Shown piece by piece: positions 7,730 through 14,347 of a stretch of 14,347 nt of DNA (within the stretch, counting starts at the first letter, position 1; every line of letters begins with the position of its first letter). The notes under the pieces were generated by a model. It ran no database searches, was not told where the DNA came from, and saw only the letters and a program-made list of their open reading frames with translations. The DNA comes from Gemmatimonadaceae bacterium (GTDB lineage Bacteria; Gemmatimonadota; Gemmatimonadetes; Gemmatimonadales; Gemmatimonadaceae). The translations under genes and the position numbers were made by a program. The stretch covers positions 1 through 14,347 of the forward strand of contig JBBDYA010000042.1 of NCBI GenBank assembly GCA_040902005.1, read 5' to 3'.

Positions 7730-8516
7730 GAGAGTTTCCGGGGCGCCTGGTGCTGCTCGGACACCCGCTCGGACACTCCTTCTCGCCGAAGTTTCAGAAC
7801 GCAGCGCTGGCGCACGCTGGCATTCCGCTGTCGTACGAACTGCTGGACGTGCCGCGCAGCGCGCTGGACGACACGGTGGCCACCCTGCGCCGCGAGCGCG
7901 CCGCGGGCAACGTGACGGTGCCATACAAGGAACCGTTTCGCGCCCTCTGTGACCGCGCGTCGGAAACCGCGCGTGCAGTGGGCGCGGTGAACACGTTCTG
8001 GACGGCGGTCGACGGCGCACTGGTGGGCGACAATACCGACGTGGACGGCTTTCGCGCCGCCGCGCGTGAACTGCTCGGCGCACGGGCACCGAACGGTCCG
8101 ATCGCGGTGCTTGGCGCCGGCGGTGCGGCGGCAGCGGCACTGTACGCAATGAAAGGATGGGAGAACGCGCGCTTCCGGATGTATGCTCGTACGCGCGACC
8201 GGGCGGAGCAGCTGGCGCGGCGACTCGAGGTGGACGCGACGTTCGCGGACTCCGCGGCAGACGCCGTGCGCGGCGCCGCGCTCCTCGTGAACGCGACGCC
8301 GGTGGGCCTGCGTGACGATTCCGTACCGATCGCGCCGGACGGTCTGCCAGACGGAATCGCGGTGCTGGATATCGTGTATCGCGCGGGGGAAACGGCCCTC
8401 GTGCGGCAGGCGCGCGCGCGCGGGCTGCGCGCGCTGGACGGTGCCGTCATGCTGGTGGAGCAGGGCGCGCTCGCGTTCGAGCGATGGTTCGGAATACCCG
8501 CGGACCGGAGTGTGAT

Positions 8517-8544
<28 letters not shown>
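7726..8544 (+). CDS. aroE: Shikimate dehydrogenase
   Basis: G.PLGHSFSP, NVTVPYK, GAVNT, GDNTD..G, GAGGAA, NATPVG, DIVY and DG..MLVEQG. ATGA overlap with the upstream gene. Confidence 0.94.
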
Positions 8545-10324
<1,780 letters not shown>

Positions 10325-10327
10325 GCG

Positions 10328-11539
10328 GTGCACAAGAAGACCATCCGCGATCTGCGCGACGAGCAGCTCCGCGGCAAACGGGCGCTCGTGCGCGTGGATT
10401 TCAACGTTCCGCTCGACGATCGGCGTCACGTGACCGACGATACGCGCATCCGCGCCGCGATACCCACGATCGAGTATCTCCTGGAGCGCGGCGCCAGGGT
10501 GGTGCTGCTCTCTCACCTGGGCCGGCCCAAGGGCAAGCCCGAGACGAAGTATTCTCTGGAGCCCGTGAGCCGCGCGCTGCAGGATCTGCTGCCCAGGTGG
10601 CGTGGCACCTTCATCGAAAGCACCGATACGGACGAGGCGACCAAGGCCACCACCGACGCCGCGTACGACTTCGTGCTGCTCGAGAACACGCGATTCCTCG
10701 GTGGCGAGGAGGACAACGACCCGCGTCTCGCGCGCGCGCTCGCGCAGCTCGGAGACCTGTTCGTGAACGATGCCTTCGGTGCCGCGCATCGCGCGCACGC
10801 CTCCACGGAAGGCATTGCCCGGCACCTCACGCCGGCCGTGGCCGGGTTGCTGATGCAAAAGGAGCTTGAGTATCTCGGCGGCGCGCTGGGCAACCCCAAA
10901 CGGCCATTTGTCGCCATCCTGGGCGGGGCCAAGATCTCCGGCAAGATCGACGTGATCGAACAGTTGCTGCCAAAGGTGGATCGCATGCTCATCGGCGGCG
11001 CGATGGCCTGTACGTTCTTCAAGGGCATGGGCGTGGAAACCGGCACGTCGCTCGTGGAGGCGGATCGCGTGGCCATGGCGCGCGATCTGTTGACCCGCGG
11101 CGGGGACGCGCTCGTGTTGCCGACCGACGCGGTCGTCGCGCCAACGCTGGATCAGGCGGCGAAATCGCATACGGTCGCACGAAATGCGATCCCGGCGGAC
11201 CAGGGGATGTTCGACATCGGCGCCCGGAGCGCGCAGGCGTTTGGCGAAATCATCGAGAGCGCCAGGACGGTGGTCTGGAATGGACCCATGGGCGTGTTCG
11301 AGACACCTCCGTTCGACGGCGGCACCCGGGCAGTCGCCCGGGCGATGGCGGCAGCCACGCGAAAGGGTGCCACCACGATCGTGGGCGGCGGCGATTCCGC
11401 GGCCGCCGTGGCCGACATGGAACTGGATGGCGAGATGTCGCATGTGTCTACCGGCGGGGGCGCGTCACTCGAGTTCCTCGAGGGAAAGACCCTGCCGGGC
11501 GTTGCCGCCCTGGACGACCGGCACGACGGGGACGCCTGA
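10328..11539 (+). CDS. pgk: Phosphoglycerate kinase
   Basis: GTG start. Motifs RVDFNVP, SHLGRP, LLENTRF, NDAFGAAHRAHAS, GGAKISGK, WNGPMGVFE, GGGDS and HVSTGGGASLE. Confidence 0.98.
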   Translation: MHKKTIRDLRDEQLRGKRALVRVDFNVPLDDRRHVTDDTRIRAAIPTIEYLLERGARVVLLSHLGRPKGKPETKYSLEPVSRALQDLLPRWRGTFIESTDTDEATKATTDAAYDFVLLENTRFLGGEEDNDPRLARALAQLGDLFVNDAFGAAHRAHASTEGIARHLTPAVAGLLMQKELEYLGGALGNPKRPFVAILGGAKISGKIDVIEQLLPKVDRMLIGGAMACTFFKGMGVETGTSLVEADRVAMARDLLTRGGDALVLPTDAVVAPTLDQAAKSHTVARNAIPADQGMFDIGARSAQAFGEIIESARTVVWNGPMGVFETPPFDGGTRAVARAMAAATRKGATTIVGGGDSAAAVADMELDGEMSHVSTGGGASLEFLEGKTLPGVAALDDRHDGDA

Positions 11540-12294
11540 TGCGAGTTCCCGTGCTCGCGGCGAACTGGAAGATGCAACACGGGCCCACGGAAGCGCGCGC
11601 GTTCATGGCCGCGTTTCTCGCGGCCTGCCCGCCGCGCGCCGATCGCACGGTGGCGATCTTTCCCCCGGCCCTCTCCCTGCTCGCGGTGCGCGACGCGATG
11701 GGATCCCGCACCGACATCCTGCTGGGCGTGCAGAACATCCACACCGACGACCATGGCGCCTTCACGGGCGAGAACTCCGCGCCGATGGCGCGCGACGCGG
11801 GTGCCGCATTGGCCCTGATCGGACACTCCGAGCGCCGGCACGTGTTCGGCGAAAGTGACGAGGCGACTGCCACGAAGTGTGCGGCGGCGCTGCGAAACAC
11901 CCTGGTCCCGATGCTGTGTGTTGGCGAGAAGATGGAGCAGCGGGACGCGGGACTGACCGATGACGTCGTGCTCCGCCAGCTGCGCGCCGGACTGTCGCTG
12001 ATTGACCGGAAGGACCTGCCCACGATGTTGATCGCGTACGAGCCGGTGTGGGCGATCGGCACGGGGAAGACGGCGACGCCCGCGGACGCGTCGGCCGTTC
12101 ACGCGGTGATCCGCCGCGAACTCGCCGCACTCTGTGAGTCCAGTGAAATTGCCCGCGCCATCCCGATCCTGTACGGTGGCAGCGTCAACAGGGAGAACGC
12201 CGCCAGCCTGTTGAACGCAGGCGACGTCGACGGCCTGCTCGTGGGTGGCGCGAGTCTCGATCCCGCGAGCTGGAGTGCAATCGCGTCTACTTGA
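11539..12294 (+). CDS. tpiA: Triosephosphate isomerase
   Basis: NWKM, GAFTGE, IGHSERR, AYEPVWAIGTG, LYGGSV and DGLLVGGASL. TGATG 1-nt overlap with pgk. Confidence 0.98.
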   Translation: MRVPVLAANWKMQHGPTEARAFMAAFLAACPPRADRTVAIFPPALSLLAVRDAMGSRTDILLGVQNIHTDDHGAFTGENSAPMARDAGAALALIGHSERRHVFGESDEATATKCAAALRNTLVPMLCVGEKMEQRDAGLTDDVVLRQLRAGLSLIDRKDLPTMLIAYEPVWAIGTGKTATPADASAVHAVIRRELAALCESSEIARAIPILYGGSVNRENAASLLNAGDVDGLLVGGASLDPASWSAIAST

Positions 12295-12320
12295 CCGAGC
12301 GATGTAAGTCGAGCGATATT
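12291..12320 (+). promoter_or_regulatory. Possible sigma70-type promoter for secG-carA
   Basis: TTGACC (12291-12296, containing the tpiA stop), an 18-nt spacer, then GATATT (12315-12320). It lies in the first intergenic gap longer than 20 nt. Confidence 0.35.
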
Positions 12321-12341
12321 ACACGCTTACACGACTTACAC
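12303..12341. repeat. 9-bp perfect inverted repeat plus three TTACAC direct repeats
   Basis: TGTAAGTCG (12303-12311) pairs with CGACTTACA (12332-12340) across a 20-nt spacer. TTACAC occurs at 12319, 12327 and 12336. Confidence 0.75.
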
Positions 12342-12354
12342 ACGCACCGGATAA

Positions 12355-12747
12355 ATGCTTTCCAGAATCCTCATCACGCTGCTGATCATTGACAGCATTG
12401 TGCTCATCACCGCCATCCTGCTCCAGGCGGGCAAGGGCGGCGGGTTGGCGGCGAGCTTTGGCGGCGTCTCCAGCTCCACGGAATCGATCCTGGGAACACG
12501 CCAGGCCGGGAACCTCCTGACAAAGCTCAGCTGGTGGGGCGGGGGCCTGTTCCTCGGCCTCTCCTTCGTCCTGTCGCTCGTCGCGCCGCGCACCAGTGCG
12601 CCGCGCTCGATCCTGGATCAGACCTTCGCGCCACCGCCCGTGCAGACAGCGCCCGCGACGACACAGCCAGGCGCGAGCGTGCTGCCGATTCAGCCGGCTC
12701 CCACCGGCGACGCGGCGCCGATACCACCCGCCACGAAAACGCCGTAG
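12355..12747 (+). CDS. secG: Preprotein translocase subunit SecG with Pro/Ala/Thr-rich C-terminal tail
   Basis: TM1 followed by [17 protein letters not shown], then G...A.NLLTK and TM2. Canonical position after tpiA. Confidence 0.93.
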   Translation: MLSRILITLLIIDSIVLITAILLQAGKGGGLAASFGGVSSSTESILGTRQAGNLLTKLSWWGGGLFLGLSFVLSLVAPRTSAPRSILDQTFAPPPVQTAPATTQPGASVLPIQPAPTGDAAPIPPATKTP

Positions 12748-12752
12748 CGAAA

Positions 12753-13886
12753 GTGGCACTTCCGGCTCTTTCGCCAGGGTTCCTCCTCCTCGAGGATGGA
12801 ACCCTTTTTCGTGGCCAGCTCAGGTCGCCCACGATTCCCACCGTCGCGGAAGTGGTGTTCACGACGAGCATGAGCGGCTACCAGGAAACGTTCACCGATC
12901 CTTCCTACAGCGGTCAGATCGTCGTCATGACCGCGCCGATGATCGGGAACTACGGCGTCAATGAGAGTGATCCGGAGTCGTCGCGTCCGCAGGTGGCGGG
13001 GGTCATTGTACGCGAGCTGTCGAACACCTACTCCAACTGGCGCGCACAGGGCGGGCTTCCCGCCTGGTTGGGTGATTCCAAAGTCCCTGTGCTGGAAGAA
13101 GTTGATACGCGACGCCTCACGAAACACTTGAGAACCATTGGTGTCATGCGCGGGGTGATTGCGCCGGGCACCGAGCCGGGCCAGGACGTGCTCGCCGCCC
13201 TGGACGCATGCCCGTCGATGGAGGGGTTGGACCTCGCAACCCGCGTGTCCACCGCGGAACGCTATTCCTGGGGCAGCCCCGGTGCGAAGTACCACGTGGC
13301 GGCCTACGATTTCGGCATCAAGCGCAACATCCTGCGCCTCTTTGCGGAGAATGACTGCCGAGTCACGGTCGTTCCGGCCCAGACCTCGGCGAAGGAAGTC
13401 CTTGAGCTGGAACCGGATGGAGTGTTCCTGTCGAACGGCCCCGGCGATCCCGCCGCCGTGGATTATGCGCCGAGCGCGGTTCGCGAAATCGCCGAGCAGG
13501 GCGTCCCCATTTTCGGCATATGCCTCGGACACCAGATCATCGGGCTGACATTCGGCGCTGAGACGGTGAAAATGCCGTACGGCCACCGCGGCGGGAATCA
13601 TCCGGTCAAGGACGTGGAAACGGGCCGCGTGCTGATTACCGCGCAAAACCACGGCTTTGCGGTGGCGGGGGACGAATCCGGAGTACCGGGAGCGCCGGAT
13701 CTCGAGGTCACGCACGTCAATCTGAACGACCAAACAATTGAAGGCGTGCGACACAGGACCCTGCCGGTATTCGCGGTCCAGTACCATCCCGAGGCCGCTC
13801 CTGGCCCCCACGACGCACGGCCCCTGTTCGAGGAGTTCCTTGAAAGGGTCAGAAAAGGTAAAGGCCGGAATCGCCCAAGCTCTTGA
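12753..13886 (+). CDS. carA: Carbamoyl-phosphate synthase small (glutaminase) subunit
   Basis: [73 protein letters not shown] and [10 protein letters not shown]. The likely start is GTG 12753 (377 aa), just after the secG stop. Confidence 0.96.
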   Translation: MALPALSPGFLLLEDGTLFRGQLRSPTIPTVAEVVFTTSMSGYQETFTDPSYSGQIVVMTAPMIGNYGVNESDPESSRPQVAGVIVRELSNTYSNWRAQGGLPAWLGDSKVPVLEEVDTRRLTKHLRTIGVMRGVIAPGTEPGQDVLAALDACPSMEGLDLATRVSTAERYSWGSPGAKYHVAAYDFGIKRNILRLFAENDCRVTVVPAQTSAKEVLELEPDGVFLSNGPGDPAAVDYAPSAVREIAEQGVPIFGICLGHQIIGLTFGAETVKMPYGHRGGNHPVKDVETGRVLITAQNHGFAVAGDESGVPGAPDLEVTHVNLNDQTIEGVRHRTLPVFAVQYHPEAAPGPHDARPLFEEFLERVRKGKGRNRPSS

Positions 13887-13912
13887 CACACAACGTTTAA
13901 GGGCGCTAAGTT
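13883..13912 (+). promoter_or_regulatory. Putative sigma70-type promoter for the HU/IHF gene
   Basis: Perfect TTGACA (13883-13888, containing the carA stop TGA), an 18-nt spacer, then TAAGTT (13907-13912). An A-rich tract lies upstream (~13851-13870), and GAGG at 13951-13954 precedes ATG 13963. Confidence 0.62.
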
Positions 13913-13962
13913 CGGTTCACGTTCGACTCGTTTCGAGCGCCTGACCCTCCGAGGCTTACTCC

Positions 13963-14313
13963 ATGACGAAAGCCGACCTGGTTGAGCGCGTCACGGCTCA
14001 AATCGCCCGTACGGCCGGTCCAATGATCTCGAAAAAGGACTGCGCCAGGGTGGTTGATTCCTTTCTGGACGCGATCAAGCAAGCCCTACAGGAGCAGAAA
14101 AACATCGAAGTCCGCGGATTCGGCACCTTCAAGATCCGCCACCGCAAGACCCGGATGGCGCGCAACCCGCGCACCGGATCACCGGTCGAGGTATCCGCAC
14201 GCCCGGTGCCGGTCTTCAAGCCGTCCAAGGAGTTGCGAGCGATGGTGGCCGGAATCGACATCGAGGGGCTGGAGGACGAGGACGAGGAAGCACCGGAGCT
14301 TTCAAACGCTTGA
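13963..14313 (+). CDS. HU/IHF family nucleoid-associated protein (IHF-beta-like) with acidic C-terminal tail
   Basis: MTKADLV, IEVRGFGTF, ARNPRTG and VPVFKPSKELR. HU versus IHF cannot be settled by eye. Confidence 0.94.
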   Translation: MTKADLVERVTAQIARTAGPMISKKDCARVVDSFLDAIKQALQEQKNIEVRGFGTFKIRHRKTRMARNPRTGSPVEVSARPVPVFKPSKELRAMVAGIDIEGLEDEDEEAPELSNA

Positions 14314-14347
14314 TGCGCAGGAACCTGGCTGGGGGGCCGCGCCCCGC

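Noticed and set aside
12319..12341. CRISPR-like or iteron array
   Set aside because: The units are only 6 bp with 2-3 nt between them. There are no spacers and no cas or rep genes.
12748..12830. tRNA-Leu, often found after secG
   Set aside because: No cloverleaf or T-loop motif is present, and carA starts 5 nt after the secG stop.
13921..13962. Small hairpins in the HU/IHF 5' UTR (CTCG-TTT-CGAG; CCTC-C-GAGG over the SD)
   Set aside because: The stems are only 4 bp, and one has a sterically impossible loop. Not distinguishable from chance.
14313..14347. GGGGC-CGC-GCCCC hairpin (terminator?) or a next gene starting at TGATG 14313
   Set aside because: The region is truncated by the window edge, with no U-tract or enough coding sequence visible to decide.

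Overview
High-GC bacterial core-genome region. It holds 18 co-oriented (+ strand), tightly packed housekeeping genes: yicC(3' end)-gmk-rpoZ-coaBC-udg(family 4)-dnaB-radA-ispD-tsaC-LMW phosphatase-aroE-comF-gap-pgk-tpiA-secG-carA-HU/IHF. The gene order and protein style remind me of Gemmatimonadota, which is an unverified inference. I see no mobile element, CRISPR array, RNA gene or defence island, and no clearly new multi-gene system. The points worth a second look are fine-scale: (1) ispD appears to need a non-canonical CTG start overlapping the radA stop; (2) the family-4 UDG has His in place of the third Fe-S Cys (UdgX-like ligation without the UdgX R-loop), a long N-terminal extension and a 50-nt overlap with dnaB; (3) a repeat/palindrome element lies between tpiA and secG; (4) two promoter-like -35 boxes are built on upstream TGA stop codons; (5) a YwlE-type putative Arg phosphatase follows tsaC; (6) the HU/IHF protein has an acidic tail.
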